Assembly (NCBI GenBank): GCA_902805555.1 | Contig: CADCSY010000043.1 | Coordinates: 1,028 to 65,027, forward strand | DNA: 64,000 nucleotides | Origin: an uncultured Acidimicrobiales bacterium | Lineage (GTDB): Bacteria > Actinomycetota > Acidimicrobiia > Acidimicrobiales > CADCSY01 | Reading direction: 5' to 3' | In this document: one piece after another, positions 1-9,433 of the stretch | Position numbering within the stretch: the stretch's first letter is position 1 | Layout: every line of letters starts with the position of its first letter | Translations under genes and position numbers: made by a program | Notes under the pieces: model-generated | Database searches by the model: none | The model's input: only the letters and a program-made list of their open reading frames with translations | Told to the model about the DNA's origin: nothing

Positions 1-1
1 C

Positions 2-3000
2 GCCTCCCACCCCGAGGAGCTGGTCGAGGAGGCGGCTCGGCTCGGCCTCACCGCCCTCGCCCTCACCGACCACGACGGCATGTACGGCGTGGTGCGCTTC
101 GCCGAGGCGGCCAGGGCCGTCGGCATGCGCACCGTCTTCGGAGCCGAGCTCACGCTCGGGCTCACCAGGGCCCCGGTGGGCGAGCCCGATCCCCCAGGCA
201 CCCACCTGGTGGTGCTGGCTCGCGACCCCGAGGGCTACGCCAGGCTGTGCCGCGCCATCAGCACCGCGCAGCTGGCCGGTGGGGAGAAGGGCCTCCCTCG
301 CGCGTCGCTCGAGGAGGTGGCTGCCATCGGCACCGGTGGGGAGGGGGCCGGCAGCGGCCACTGGCAGGTCCTCACCGGGTGCCGCAAGGGTGCGGTGCCA
401 CGGGCGCTGGTGGACGAGGGCCCGGCTGCGGCCGCTCGCGAGCTGCAGCGCCTCGTCGACGCGTTCGGCCGCGAGCGGGTGGCGGTCGAGCTGTGGGACC
501 ACGGCCACCCGCTCGACTCGGCCCGCAACGACGTGCTCGCCAGGCTGGGGGTGGCCGCCGGCGTCGACGTCGTCGCCACCAACGACGTGCACTACGCCAC
601 GCCGGCCCGCAGGCCGCTCGCCACCGCCCTGGCCGCCGTGCGCGCCCGCCGCAGCCTCGACGAGGTCGAGGGGTGGCTGCCGGCGGGAGCCGGCGCCTGC
701 CTGCGCCCCGGGTGGGAGCAGGAGCGGCGCTTCGCCCGCTACCCGGGGGTGGTGGCGAGGGCCGCCGAGCTCGCCCTCGAGTGCGCGTTCGACCTCGCCC
801 TGGTGGCGCCACGGCTGCCCGACTTCCCGGTCCCGCCGGGCCACGACGAGATGAGCTGGCTCCGCGAGCTCACCGAGCAGGGGGCGCGCCGGCGCTACGG
901 GCCACGAGGCGCCGAGCGGGTCCCGGGCGCCTACGCCCAGATCGACCACGAGCTGGCGATGATCGACCAGCTCGGGTTCCCCGGCTACTTCCTCATCGTG
1001 TGGGACCTCGTGGAGTTCTGCCGGCGCCAGGACATCTACTGCCAGGGGCGCGGCTCGGCCGCCAACTCCGCCGCCTGCTACGCGCTCGGCATCACGAAGG
1101 CAGACGCCGTCACCCTCGGCCTGCTCTTCGAGCGCTTCCTCTCACCCGAGCGCGACGGCCCGCCCGACATCGACCTCGACATCGAGGCCGGCCGCCGGGA
1201 GGAGGTCATCCAGTACGCCTACCGCCGCTACGGCAGGGAGCGGGCGGCGCAGGTGGCCAACGTCATCACCTACCGGGCCCGCTCGGCGGTGCGGGACATG
1301 GGCCGGGCGCTCGGCCATGCGCCGGGCACGCTCGACGCCTGGTCCAAGCAGCTCGACCACTTCTCGTCGATCGGGAAGGTGGCGGGCGAGGGTGACTCCG
1401 GCATCCCTGCGCCGGTGCTGGCCCTGGCGGCGGAGGTCGAGCACTTCCCCCGCCACCTCGGCATCCACTCGGGCGGCATGGTCATCTGCGACCGCCCCGT
1501 GGTCGAGGTGTGCCCGGTCGAGTGGGGGCGCATGGCCGACCGGAGCGTGCTCCAGTGGGACAAGGACGACTGCGCCGCCGCCGGGCTCGTGAAGTTCGAC
1601 CTGCTCGGCCTCGGGATGCTCACCGTGCTCCACGACTGCATCGACCTCATCGCCGCCAACGGCGGCAGCCGCATCGACCTGGCCGAGATCCCCCAGGACG
1701 ACGCCGTCTACGAGATGCTCCAGGCGGCGGACTCGATCGGGGTCTTCCAGGTCGAGAGCCGGGCCCAGATGGCCACCCTGCCCCGGCTCAAGCCCCGCAC
1801 CTTCTACGACCTCGTGGTCGAGGTGGCCCTCATCCGCCCCGGGCCGATCCAGGGCGGCTCCGTCCACCCCTACATCCGGCGCCGCAACGGCCTCGAGCCC
1901 GTCACCTACCTCCACCCCCTGCTCGAGAAGAGCCTGGCCAAGACCCTCGGCGTGCCGCTGTTCCAGGAGCAGCTCATGCAGATGGCGATCGACGTGGCCG
2001 GGTTCAGCCCCGGCGACGCCGACCAGCTGCGCCAGGCCATGGGCTCCAAGCGCAGCACCGAGCGGATGGAGCGCCTGCGGGGGCGCTTCTACGAGGGCAT
2101 GGCGGCCAACGGGATCACCGGTGAGGTCGCCGACCAGATCTTCGAGAAGCTGGCTGCGTTCGCCAACTTCGGCTTCCCCGAGAGCCACTCGGTGAGCTTC
2201 GCCTACCTCGTCTACGCCAGCTCCTGGCTCAAGCTCCACCACCCGGCCGCCTTCTGCGCAGCGCTGCTCAACGCCCAGCCGATGGGCTTCTGGGCCCCGC
2301 ACACCCTCGTGCGCGACGCCCGCCGCCACGGCGTCCAGGTGCGCCGGCCCGACGTCAACGTCAGCCTCGCCACCTCGAGCCTGGAGCGGTGCGAGGGGAG
2401 CACCGGTGGCCTGGCCGTGCGCCTCGGCCTCGGTGAGGTCCGCAGCGTGGGTGAGGCGCTGGCCACCCGCATCGCCGACCGGCGCCAGGCCGACGGCCCC
2501 TACAGCTCGGTCGAGGACCTGGTGCGCCGGGCCGAGGTGCCGCTCCCGGCGGTGGAGGCGCTCGCCACGGCCTCGGCGCTCGCCAGCATCGGCCTCGACC
2601 GCCGACGGGCGCTGTGGGCGGCGGGGGCGGCGGTGCAGGCGAAGCCCGACCGGCTGGAGGGGATCGTCACCGGGACGGTGGCGCCGTCGCTGCCGGGCAT
2701 GTCGCCGACCGAGGAGACCAACGCCGACCTGTGGTCGACCGGCATCGCCGCCGTGCACCCCACCGAGCACGTGCGCGAGCACCTCAGCACCCTCGGGGTG
2801 CTCACCGCCGAGCAGCTGCGCACCGCCGAGCCCGACCGACGGGTGCTGGTGGGTGGCGTCGTCACCCACCGCCAGAAGCCGGCGACCGCCCAGGGCACGA
2901 TCTTCGTGAACCTCGAGGACGAGACCGGCCTCGTCAACGTCATCTGCTCGGCGGGCGTGTGGGACCGGTACCGGCGGGTCGCCCGCACGAGCCCGGCACT

Positions 3001-3109
3001 GCTCGTGCGGGGCACCCTCGAGCGGGTCGAGGGTGTCATCAACGTGGTGGCCGATCGGCTCGAGCCGCTCCCCGTCGCCACCTCCTCCCGATCCAGGGAC
3101 TTCCGCTGA
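2..3109 (+). CDS. dnaE2: Error-prone DNA polymerase III alpha subunit, DnaE2 type (5' end outside window)
   Basis: The frame of ORF 80..3109 stays open back to nt 2 (ASHPEELVEEAARLGLTALALTDHDGMYG, the start of a PHP domain). Pol III alpha core patterns are present (GSAANSAACYALGIT, KFDLLGLGMLT, IRPGPIQGG, FGFPESHS). The C-terminal OB-fold region and the ...SRSRDFR tail are ones I associate with DnaE2 rather than DnaE1. Confidence 0.85.
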   Translation, partial: ASHPEELVEEAARLGLTALALTDHDGMYGVVRFAEAARAVGMRTVFGAELTLGLTRAPVGEPDPPGTHLVVLARDPEGYARLCRAISTAQLAGGEKGLPRASLEEVAAIGTGGEGAGSGHWQVLTGCRKGAVPRALVDEGPAAAARELQRLVDAFGRERVAVELWDHGHPLDSARNDVLARLGVAAGVDVVATNDVHYATPARRPLATALAAVRARRSLDEVEGWLPAGAGACLRPGWEQERRFARYPGVVARAAELALECAFDLALVAPRLPDFPVPPGHDEMSWLRELTEQGARRRYGPRGAERVPGAYAQIDHELAMIDQLGFPGYFLIVWDLVEFCRRQDIYCQGRGSAANSAACYALGITKADAVTLGLLFERFLSPERDGPPDIDLDIEAGRREEVIQYAYRRYGRERAAQVANVITYRARSAVRDMGRALGHAPGTLDAWSKQLDHFSSIGKVAGEGDSGIPAPVLALAAEVEHFPRHLGIHSGGMVICDRPVVEVCPVEWGRMADRSVLQWDKDDCAAAGLVKFDLLGLGMLTVLHDCIDLIAANGGSRIDLAEIPQDDAVYEMLQAADSIGVFQVESRAQMATLPRLKPRTFYDLVVEVALIRPGPIQGGSVHPYIRRRNGLEPVTYLHPLLEKSLAKTLGVPLFQEQLMQMAIDVAGFSPGDADQLRQAMGSKRSTERMERLRGRFYEGMAANGITGEVADQIFEKLAAFANFGFPESHSVSFAYLVYASSWLKLHHPAAFCAALLNAQPMGFWAPHTLVRDARRHGVQVRRPDVNVSLATSSLERCEGSTGGLAVRLGLGEVRSVGEALATRIADRRQADGPYSSVEDLVRRAEVPLPAVEALATASALASIGLDRRRALWAAGAAVQAKPDRLEGIVTGTVAPSLPGMSPTEETNADLWSTGIAAVHPTEHVREHLSTLGVLTAEQLRTAEPDRRVLVGGVVTHRQKPATAQGTIFVNLEDETGLVNVICSAGVWDRYRRVARTSPALLVRGTLERVEGVINVVADRLEPLPVATSSRSRDFR

Positions 3110-3333
3110 TCCCAGCGCGCCAGGCACGAGGGTGGTGCTCCCGGATCCCGACGGGCCGTCATCACCGCACGTGCATCGGTGAGGCTGCTCGCCTCGGGGT
3201 GATCGTCCCGCCGGGCGGACCGGGACGAGCCACCGCCGACCTGCGACGCTCCACCCACGCTTCGTGAAGTGGGGGGCCCGGCCGAGGTGCGACTAGGTTC
3301 CTGCGCCACGAGTCGGCCGTCCGGGGGGGTCAC

Positions 3334-3558
3334 GTGACGTTCGTTGCCATCGCAGCAGCTGCCTCAGGTGCAGTGGGTGACCTGACGGGGAACTGGGACT
3401 GGCCCGTGCTCCTGCTCGTGCCACTGGCACTCGGCCTGGCGCTGCTCACCGCGCTGGCACTCGGCCGCACCTCGCAGGCCGGTGCAGGTCGTCGCCGCCA
3501 GGGTGGGACCAGCCGGGCCCTCGCCCGTGCCGCCGTCGACCGCACCACCTCCGACTGA
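3334..3558 (+). CDS. Hypothetical small membrane protein (74 aa)
   Basis: GTG-initiated ORF in the ~500-nt gap between dnaE2 and the liv-type operon, with a G-run just upstream. It has one clear TM helix (WPVLLLVPLALGLALLTALALG). Third-position GC is lower than in neighbouring genes and I recognise no family. Confidence 0.3.
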   Translation: MTFVAIAAAASGAVGDLTGNWDWPVLLLVPLALGLALLTALALGRTSQAGAGRRRQGGTSRALARAAVDRTTSD

Positions 3559-3605
3559 TCCCACGACCCGACCTCCGCCGGTCCGAACCACGTCAAGGAG
3601 CTCAC

Positions 3606-5117
3606 GTGCCCCGTCGCCATCGCAACCCGCTGCTCGCCCTCGTGCTCGGCCTGTGCCTCGTCGCTGCGTCCTGCGGCCAGAAGAGCGGCGTCGCCAACAC
3701 CGACGTGGCCGCCGGTGCAGCCGGGGGCGGTGCGGCGCCTGCCGGAGGCGCTCCGGCGGAGGGCGGGGCGGCTGCGGCGGTCGCCCACGAGCCCGGGCCC
3801 GACGACACCGCCGGCGTCACCGACGACGAGATCGTGATCGGCATCCACGCACCCGTGACCGGCGCCTCGCCCATCCCCCAGACGAGCTTCGACGTCGGCA
3901 AGGACATCTACTGGCGCCACCTCGCCGACAGCGCCCCCGACCAGCTCTTCGGCCGGACGGTCCGGGTCGTGTTCCGGGACGACGAGTTCAACCCGAACCG
4001 GGCCGTGGCGGTGTGCCGGGAGATGGTGGAGGCGGAGGGGGCGTTCCTGCTGATCGGCGGGGGCGGCGCCGACCAGATCACCGCCTGTGCCCAGTACGCC
4101 GACGGCATCGGCGTCCCCTACCTGTCGGCCGGGGTGAACGAGGAGGGCCTCGCCGACCTCGCCACCTACTACGCCACCTCGCTCACCTACGCCGAGCAGG
4201 CACCGCTCATCGTCGAGCAGATCCAGGAGCAGGGCCTCGAGCGCATCGGCGTCGTCGTCATCGACACGCCCTCGTTCGAGGACGCCCACACCGCCTTCCT
4301 CGAGACGGCCGAGGAGGCCGGGCTCGAGATCGTGGTCGACCAGGCGCTCAGCAAGACGGCGGCGGAGGCCGAGGTGCTGGCCGTCGTCCAGGAGCTGAAG
4401 GGGGCCGACGTCGACGGGGTGTTCCTGCTCGCGAGCCCGGTGACCTTCATCGGTCTGGCAGGGGGCGCGCGCAACCAGTCGTACGACCCCGTCTGGATCG
4501 GCCCCGGCGTCACCAGCGGCCTCAACGCCGTGACGAACTTCGGGTGCCCGGCCGTCGAGAACGGCACGTTCTTCTCGCCGTTCCCGCAGATCGACGTGAT
4601 CGAGGAGCTCGACCCGGACTTCGTCCCCGCGTACGAGCAGTTCGGCGAGGGGAAGCCCGCCGACGACATCGGCCTCGCTCTGTGGGCCCTCAACAAGACC
4701 CTCGCCCTGATGTTCGAGGCGACGGGCGAGGAGCTCGGGCGGGCCGCGTTCATGAACACCATCGAGTCGACGGAGGCGTTCGACACCAACATCTACCCGC
4801 CGGTCGTGATCACGCCGGAGGACCACTTCGGCGGCACCGGTGCCCACCTGCTCGAGGCTGACTGCGACGCCAAGGCGTACACCACTGCCGAGCAGTTCGT
4901 CGAGGGCGGCGAGTCCGCCGGCGGCGCGACCGGGGGCGGGACCGAAGGCGGCGCGACCGAGGGCGGCGCGACCGACGGTGGTGCGACCGAGGGCGGCGGG
5001 ACCGAGGGTGGTGCCACCGAGGGCGGCGCGACCGACGGCGGCGAGACCGACGGCGGCGAGACCGAGGGCGGCGAGACCGAGGGCGGCGCGACCGAGGGCG
5101 GGGGGACGGAAGGCTGA
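3606..5117 (+). CDS. ABC transporter substrate-binding lipoprotein, branched-chain amino acid (LivK/LivJ-like) family, with a repetitive Gly/Thr/Glu C-terminal tail
   Basis: GTG start with AAGGAG 6 nt upstream. Lipoprotein signal MPRRHRNPLLALVLGLCLVAASCGQ (lipobox LVAAS/C). The body fits a type-I periplasmic binding fold. It is the first gene of a 5-gene liv-type operon, and its stop overlaps the next gene's start (TGATG). Confidence 0.85.
   Translation: MPRRHRNPLLALVLGLCLVAASCGQKSGVANTDVAAGAAGGGAAPAGGAPAEGGAAAAVAHEPGPDDTAGVTDDEIVIGIHAPVTGASPIPQTSFDVGKDIYWRHLADSAPDQLFGRTVRVVFRDDEFNPNRAVAVCREMVEAEGAFLLIGGGGADQITACAQYADGIGVPYLSAGVNEEGLADLATYYATSLTYAEQAPLIVEQIQEQGLERIGVVVIDTPSFEDAHTAFLETAEEAGLEIVVDQALSKTAAEAEVLAVVQELKGADVDGVFLLASPVTFIGLAGGARNQSYDPVWIGPGVTSGLNAVTNFGCPAVENGTFFSPFPQIDVIEELDPDFVPAYEQFGEGKPADDIGLALWALNKTLALMFEATGEELGRAAFMNTIESTEAFDTNIYPPVVITPEDHFGGTGAHLLEADCDAKAYTTAEQFVEGGESAGGATGGGTEGGATEGGATDGGATEGGGTEGGATEGGATDGGETDGGETEGGETEGGATEGGGTEG
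4905..5114 (+). repeat. About 14 tandem copies of a 15-nt unit (consensus GGCGGCGCGACCGAG), encoding (G-G-A/E/G-T-E/D)n at the 3' end of the binding-protein gene
   Basis: Read directly from the sequence. The translation is GGESAGGATGGGTEGGATEGGATDGGATEGGGTEGGATEGGATDGGETDGGETEGGETEGGATEGGGTEG. The opposite strand gives the mirror repeat PPSVAPPSV. Confidence 0.9.
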
Positions 5118-6076
5118 TGCCCGACGTGCTCCGAGATCGTGCAGGGGTGGCCCTCGGCGCCGGGGCCCTCGCCCTCATCGCCGTCGTGCTCATCGCCACC
5201 GGCGAGAAGGAGTCGCTGGTGATCGGTGTCATCAGCGGTGCCGCCTACGGGCTCCTGGCCCTCGGCCTGGTGCTGATCTACAAGTCGAGCGGCGTGTTCA
5301 ACTTCGCGCAGGGCGAGTTCGGCACGATCGCCGTCTACGTCTTGTACCTGCTGCACTTCGAGGTGCCCTACGGCCTGGCGCTGCTCGGGGCGCTGGTGGC
5401 GGCGGTCGTGTTCGGCCTCCTGCTCGAGCGCCTCGTGATCCGCCCGCTCTACGACTCGTCCAGGGTGATCCTGCTCGTCGCGACGGCCGGTGTCGCCCTC
5501 CTCGCCATCTCGGTCGAGATCTGGTTCGGGGACGCCCAGGGCAAGACCATCGACCGGGCGTTCCCGACGCTCGACCGCTTCAGCATCCTCGGTGTCCAGG
5601 TCTCCGACCAGCGGCTGCTGCTGCTCGGCGTGCTGGCCACGCTCGCCGTGGTCCTCGCCCTGTTCTTCAACCGCACCAACCTCGGCCTGGCGGTGATCGG
5701 GGCCAGCCAGGAGCCGACCGCCACCGAGCTCGTCGGGATCAGCGTGCGCCGCCTCTCCACCTTCACCTGGGCGCTCGCGGCACTGCTCGGCGGGTTGGCC
5801 GGGGTCATCGCGGTGCCCGACAGCGGTGGCTTCACGCCGGGCATCCTGACCAGCGCCTTCCTCATCCCTGCCTTCACCGCCGCGGTGCTCGGGGGCATGA
5901 CGAGCCTCCCCGGCGCCTTCCTCGGCGGGGTGATCGTGGGCGTGATCCAGGCGGTGGCCACCAGTGCGCCGCTGTTCGACTTCATCCCCGGCAGCGCCGG
6001 GACACTCGTCGTGTTCGTCGTCCTGGTCGGGGTGCTCGCCATCCGTCCCCAAGGACTCCTCGGGAGGGCTGCCTGA
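5117..6076 (+). CDS. livH: Branched-chain amino acid ABC transporter permease (LivH family)
   Basis: Polytopic membrane protein with LivH-type patterns (GAAYGLLALGLVLIYKSSGVFNFAQGEFG). Its position is second in the operon, and its stop and the next start share 6074-6078 (TGATG). Confidence 0.85.
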   Translation: MPDVLRDRAGVALGAGALALIAVVLIATGEKESLVIGVISGAAYGLLALGLVLIYKSSGVFNFAQGEFGTIAVYVLYLLHFEVPYGLALLGALVAAVVFGLLLERLVIRPLYDSSRVILLVATAGVALLAISVEIWFGDAQGKTIDRAFPTLDRFSILGVQVSDQRLLLLGVLATLAVVLALFFNRTNLGLAVIGASQEPTATELVGISVRRLSTFTWALAALLGGLAGVIAVPDSGGFTPGILTSAFLIPAFTAAVLGGMTSLPGAFLGGVIVGVIQAVATSAPLFDFIPGSAGTLVVFVVLVGVLAIRPQGLLGRAA

Positions 6077-7203
6077 TGGCGACCACCATCGACCGTCCGG
6101 TCACCGAGCCCGAGCCCGAGCCCGAGCAGGGCCGCCAGGGGGACCGTCCGTTCCGGCCCTCCCCGCTCGGTTGGCTCGCACGGGCGGTGCTCGCCCTGGC
6201 GCTGGCCTGGCTGGTCTTCGTGTTCCCGCTCTCCCAGGAGGGCTTCGAGGTGCAGCGGTTCACGACCGCCGTCATCTACGGGATCATCGGGCTCTCCCTC
6301 AACGTGCTCCTCGGCTACGTCGGCCAGATCTCCCTCGGCCACCAGGCCTTCGTCGGCATCGGCGCCTTCACCTCGGCCTACATGGTCTCGGTCCAGAACC
6401 AGCCGTTCTGGGTGGCGGTCGCCGCGGCGGCCGCGGTCGGCGGCCTCCAGGCCCTCGTCCTCGGCGGCGCCTCGCTGCGCATCACCGGGCTCTACTTCGC
6501 CCTCGTCACGCTCTCCTACGGGCTCGTCGCCGAGCAGAACATCTTCCAGGTCGAGGAGCTCACCGGGGGCGGGCAGGGCCAGGCGGCGCCGAAGCCGGCC
6601 GGGTTCGAGACGGACTGGCGGTACTACTACCTGTGCCTCGCCTTCCTCGCCCTCGTGCTGTGGGTCGACTGGCGCCTGATGCGCAGCAAGGGGGGGCGGG
6701 CGCTGCTCGCCCTGCAGGAGAACCCCCGGGTGGCGGCCACCTTCGGGGTCAACGTGCGCATGCTGACGCTGTTCGCCTTCGTCGTCTCCGGGGTCTTCGC
6801 CGGGCTGGGCGGCGCCCTCCTCGCCCACAACGACACCTTCGTGTCACCCGAGGTGTGGAGCTTCAACCTGGCGCTCGTCTTCGTCATCATGACGGTGGTC
6901 GGCGGCCTGCGGAACCGGGCCGGCGTCGTCATCGGCTCGGCCTTCTTCGCCCTCCTGCCGTACCTCATCGACCAGATCGGCTTCATCGAGGACGCGGTGG
7001 CGGCGATCCCTGCGCCCCGGGAGCTGACCGCAGAGCTGGCGCCCCTGGTCCTCGGCCCGTTGCTCCTGATCCTGACCCTCGTGCGGGCACCCGGGGGGAT
7101 CGGCCAGCAGATCCGTCCCATCCAGCGCTGGCTCGGGGGGCACCGCTTCGACCTCCACGACCACGGTCCGAAGGAGGTGAAGGTCGCCGATGTCCGTGCT
7201 TGA
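6076..7203 (+). CDS. livM: Branched-chain amino acid ABC transporter permease (LivM family)
   Basis: ATG at 6076 lies inside the long ORF 4840..7203. The product MATTIDRP... carries the LivM-type core (GLSLNVLLGYVGQISLGHQAFVGIGAF). The upstream part of that ORF is a GC artefact. Confidence 0.85.
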   Translation: MATTIDRPVTEPEPEPEQGRQGDRPFRPSPLGWLARAVLALALAWLVFVFPLSQEGFEVQRFTTAVIYGIIGLSLNVLLGYVGQISLGHQAFVGIGAFTSAYMVSVQNQPFWVAVAAAAAVGGLQALVLGGASLRITGLYFALVTLSYGLVAEQNIFQVEELTGGGQGQAAPKPAGFETDWRYYYLCLAFLALVLWVDWRLMRSKGGRALLALQENPRVAATFGVNVRMLTLFAFVVSGVFAGLGGALLAHNDTFVSPEVWSFNLALVFVIMTVVGGLRNRAGVVIGSAFFALLPYLIDQIGFIEDAVAAIPAPRELTAELAPLVLGPLLLILTLVRAPGGIGQQIRPIQRWLGGHRFDLHDHGPKEVKVADVRA

Positions 7204-8008
7204 GGCCCGCAACGTCTCGATCCGCTTCGGGGGGGTGCAGGCCGCCCGAGAGGTCAGCATCGCCGTCGGGGAGTGGGAGATCGTCGGCATCATCGGCCCG
7301 AACGGGGCCGGGAAGACGACGACGTTCAACATGATCACCGGCTTCTACACGCCGAACACCGGCAGCATCTGGTACCGGGGGAAGGACGTCACCGGGCTCA
7401 GCGTGGACGAGCGCGCCGCCCTCGGCATGGGGCGCACCTTCCAGAACGTGGGCCTGGTGAAGGGCGCCACCGTCCGCCAGAACCTGCTCACGGCCCAGTA
7501 CCTCGACGCCGGGTACGGCCTCGTGCCCGGCACCATCGGCTCGCCTGCGTCGTTCTCCGTCGAGCGCCGGTTGAACCAGCGGGCCGAGGAGCTCGCGGAG
7601 CGGCTCGGCCTCGCCGACCTGCTCGACACCCAGGTCGCAGGGCTGCCGTACGGCACGCTCAAGCGGGTCGAGATCGCCACCGTGCTCGCCACCGACCCCG
7701 ACGTGCTCCTCCTCGACGAGCCGTCGTCGGGCATGGGGCCCGAGGAGGCCCACCAGCTGGGCGACACCCTCCTCGACCTGCGCCGTGAGTTCGGGCTCTC
7801 GATCGCCATGATCGAGCACCACGTGCCCCTCGTGGTCCGGGTGTGCGACTACGTCTACTGCCTCAACTTCGGCGAGATGCTCGCCGAGGGGCTGCCGGAG
7901 GAGGTGCGCAACCACCCCGAGGTCGTCACCGCCTACCTGGGCGAGGACGCCGACCCGGCCGCGGCTGCGCTCGAGGGCCAGCTCGAGTCGCTGGTCGAGG
8001 GCAGCTGA
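7190..8008 (+). CDS. livG: Branched-chain amino acid ABC transporter ATP-binding protein (LivG family)
   Basis: Walker A (GPNGAGKTT), ABC signature/Walker B (LLLDEPSSGM) and the LivG-type C-terminal extension. It overlaps livM by 14 nt. Confidence 0.9.
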   Translation: MSVLEARNVSIRFGGVQAAREVSIAVGEWEIVGIIGPNGAGKTTTFNMITGFYTPNTGSIWYRGKDVTGLSVDERAALGMGRTFQNVGLVKGATVRQNLLTAQYLDAGYGLVPGTIGSPASFSVERRLNQRAEELAERLGLADLLDTQVAGLPYGTLKRVEIATVLATDPDVLLLDEPSSGMGPEEAHQLGDTLLDLRREFGLSIAMIEHHVPLVVRVCDYVYCLNFGEMLAEGLPEEVRNHPEVVTAYLGEDADPAAAALEGQLESLVEGS

Positions 8009-8718
8009 TGGCGCTGCTCGAGGTGGACGGCCTGCGGGTCGGCTACGGCTTCCCGGTCCTCATGGGGATCAGCTTCGAGGTGGAGGAGGGCGAGACCGCC
8101 GTCCTGTTCGGCCTCAACGGTGCCGGCAAGACGACCACGGTCACGACCATCGCCGGCCTGCTCAAGCCCGACGCCGGCTCCATCCGGTTCAACGGCCAGG
8201 ACATCGCAGGCAAGCGCCCTCCCGAGCTCGTCTCGGCGGGCGTCGCCCTCGTGCCCGAGGGCCGGCGGGTGTTCCCGAACCTCACGGTCGCCAACAACCT
8301 CCGGCTGGGGGCCTGGTCACGTCGCGGCAACCACAAGGAGGTGGAGGCGAGCCGCGCGCTCGTCTTCGACTACTTCCCACGGTTGGCCGAGCGCGTCGAC
8401 CAGGCGGCGGGGACCCTGTCCGGCGGCGAGCAGCAGATGCTCGCCATCGGCCGGGCGCTGATGTCGAAGCCCAAGCTCCTGCTGGTCGACGAGGCGTCGC
8501 TCGGGCTCAGCCCGTCGCTCGCCAAGGTCGTCTTCCAGGTCATGGCCCAGATCAACGAGGACGGCGTGACCGTGCTGATCGTGGAGCAGAACGTCGGGGT
8601 GCTGCCCTACGCCGACCGGGCGCTCATCATGGAGAAGGGGACCCTGATCTACAGCGGGGTGGGCGAGGAGATCAGGGAGGCCAACCTCCGTGAGAGCTAC
8701 CTGGGCGTGCACGAGTGA
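8008..8718 (+). CDS. livF: Branched-chain amino acid ABC transporter ATP-binding protein (LivF family)
   Basis: ATG at 8008 overlaps the livG stop (TGATG). Walker A (GLNGAGKTT), signature LSGGEQQML and Walker B (LLLVDEASLGL) are present. Confidence 0.9.
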   Translation: MALLEVDGLRVGYGFPVLMGISFEVEEGETAVLFGLNGAGKTTTVTTIAGLLKPDAGSIRFNGQDIAGKRPPELVSAGVALVPEGRRVFPNLTVANNLRLGAWSRRGNHKEVEASRALVFDYFPRLAERVDQAAGTLSGGEQQMLAIGRALMSKPKLLLVDEASLGLSPSLAKVVFQVMAQINEDGVTVLIVEQNVGVLPYADRALIMEKGTLIYSGVGEEIREANLRESYLGVHE

Positions 8719-8751
8719 GGCCCGGACCCACGAGGGAGCTGGGAGAGACAT

Positions 8752-8781
8752 GAGCCCGACACACACGAGCCCGACACACAC
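8752..8781 (+). repeat. Perfect 15-bp direct tandem repeat (GAGCCCGACACACAC x2) followed by a (GA)n tract, 16 nt upstream of the 8797 start codon
   Basis: Read directly: ...TGAGCCCGACACACACGAGCCCGACACACACGAGAGAGAGGCAGTCATG. Confidence 0.85.
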
Positions 8782-8796
8782 GAGAGAGAGGCAGTC

Positions 8797-9306
8797 ATGA
8801 AGGACCGCTTGGGCAAGCTCGCCGGGCAGCTCGGCATCGCGTACTGCCTGGCAGGGCTGTTCCTGGTGTTCCTCGGCTGGAACGGTGCGGCGACCTACGA
8901 CCGGGTCTCGGCCCAGCTGCCGTACCTGATCTCCGGCGGGGTCGCCGGGCTGTGCCTCGTCGTCATCGGCGGCAGCATCATCGTGGCGTCGAGCGCCCGG
9001 GCCGGTGCCGCCGCACTCGAGGAGAGCGTGGCCGAGCTGCGGGAGTCGGTCGACCGGATGTCAGCGGGCGCCCAGCGCGGCGCCACCGGTTCCCGGTCGG
9101 GGGCGGCCATGGCCGCAGGACGGCCGGACGTCCCGCCCGACCAGGTGGTGGCCGGACCCACCTCGTACCACCGGCCCGACTGCCGGCTGGTCGAGGGGCA
9201 GGCCGAGGCGGGGGCGACCACCGCCGACGCCGCCGCCGCGACCGGGCTCACCCCCTGCCGGGTGTGCAACCCCGTCACCGCCGCCCGGGTCGCCGCCCAG
9301 GGTTGA
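8797..9306 (+). CDS. Hypothetical membrane protein with C-terminal His/Cys motif
   Basis: ATG preceded by GAGAGAGAGG, with high third-position GC. There are two TM helices (IAYCLAGLFLVFLGW, GGVAGLCLVVIGGSIIVA). The C-terminus carries YHRPDCRLV...LTPCRVCNP, an H-C...C-x2-C pattern that looks zinc-binding. Confidence 0.6.
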   Translation: MKDRLGKLAGQLGIAYCLAGLFLVFLGWNGAATYDRVSAQLPYLISGGVAGLCLVVIGGSIIVASSARAGAAALEESVAELRESVDRMSAGAQRGATGSRSGAAMAAGRPDVPPDQVVAGPTSYHRPDCRLVEGQAEAGATTADAAAATGLTPCRVCNPVTAARVAAQG

Positions 9307-9433
9307 GCCACGCCGTCCCGACGGCGCCCCCGCTGCGGACCCCCGCACGCCCCCGAACGACGACAGGGGTGGTGCACGGTGGGGTGTGCCAGGGTTCCCT
9401 CACCGCCCCGCCGTTCGGGCCGATGAGGTTCCC

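Noticed and set aside
2-3109. dnaE2 as part of an imuA'-imuB-dnaE2 mutasome cassette
   Set aside because: The upstream region lies outside the window, so the cassette cannot be assessed. No LexA box or RecA-NDp-type promoter is visible here.
4793-6052. Minus-strand ORF containing the PPSVAPPSVSPPSV... repeat
   Set aside because: This is the reverse-complement reading of the 15-nt tandem repeat in the binding-protein gene. The remainder is antisense to livH and has no features of its own.
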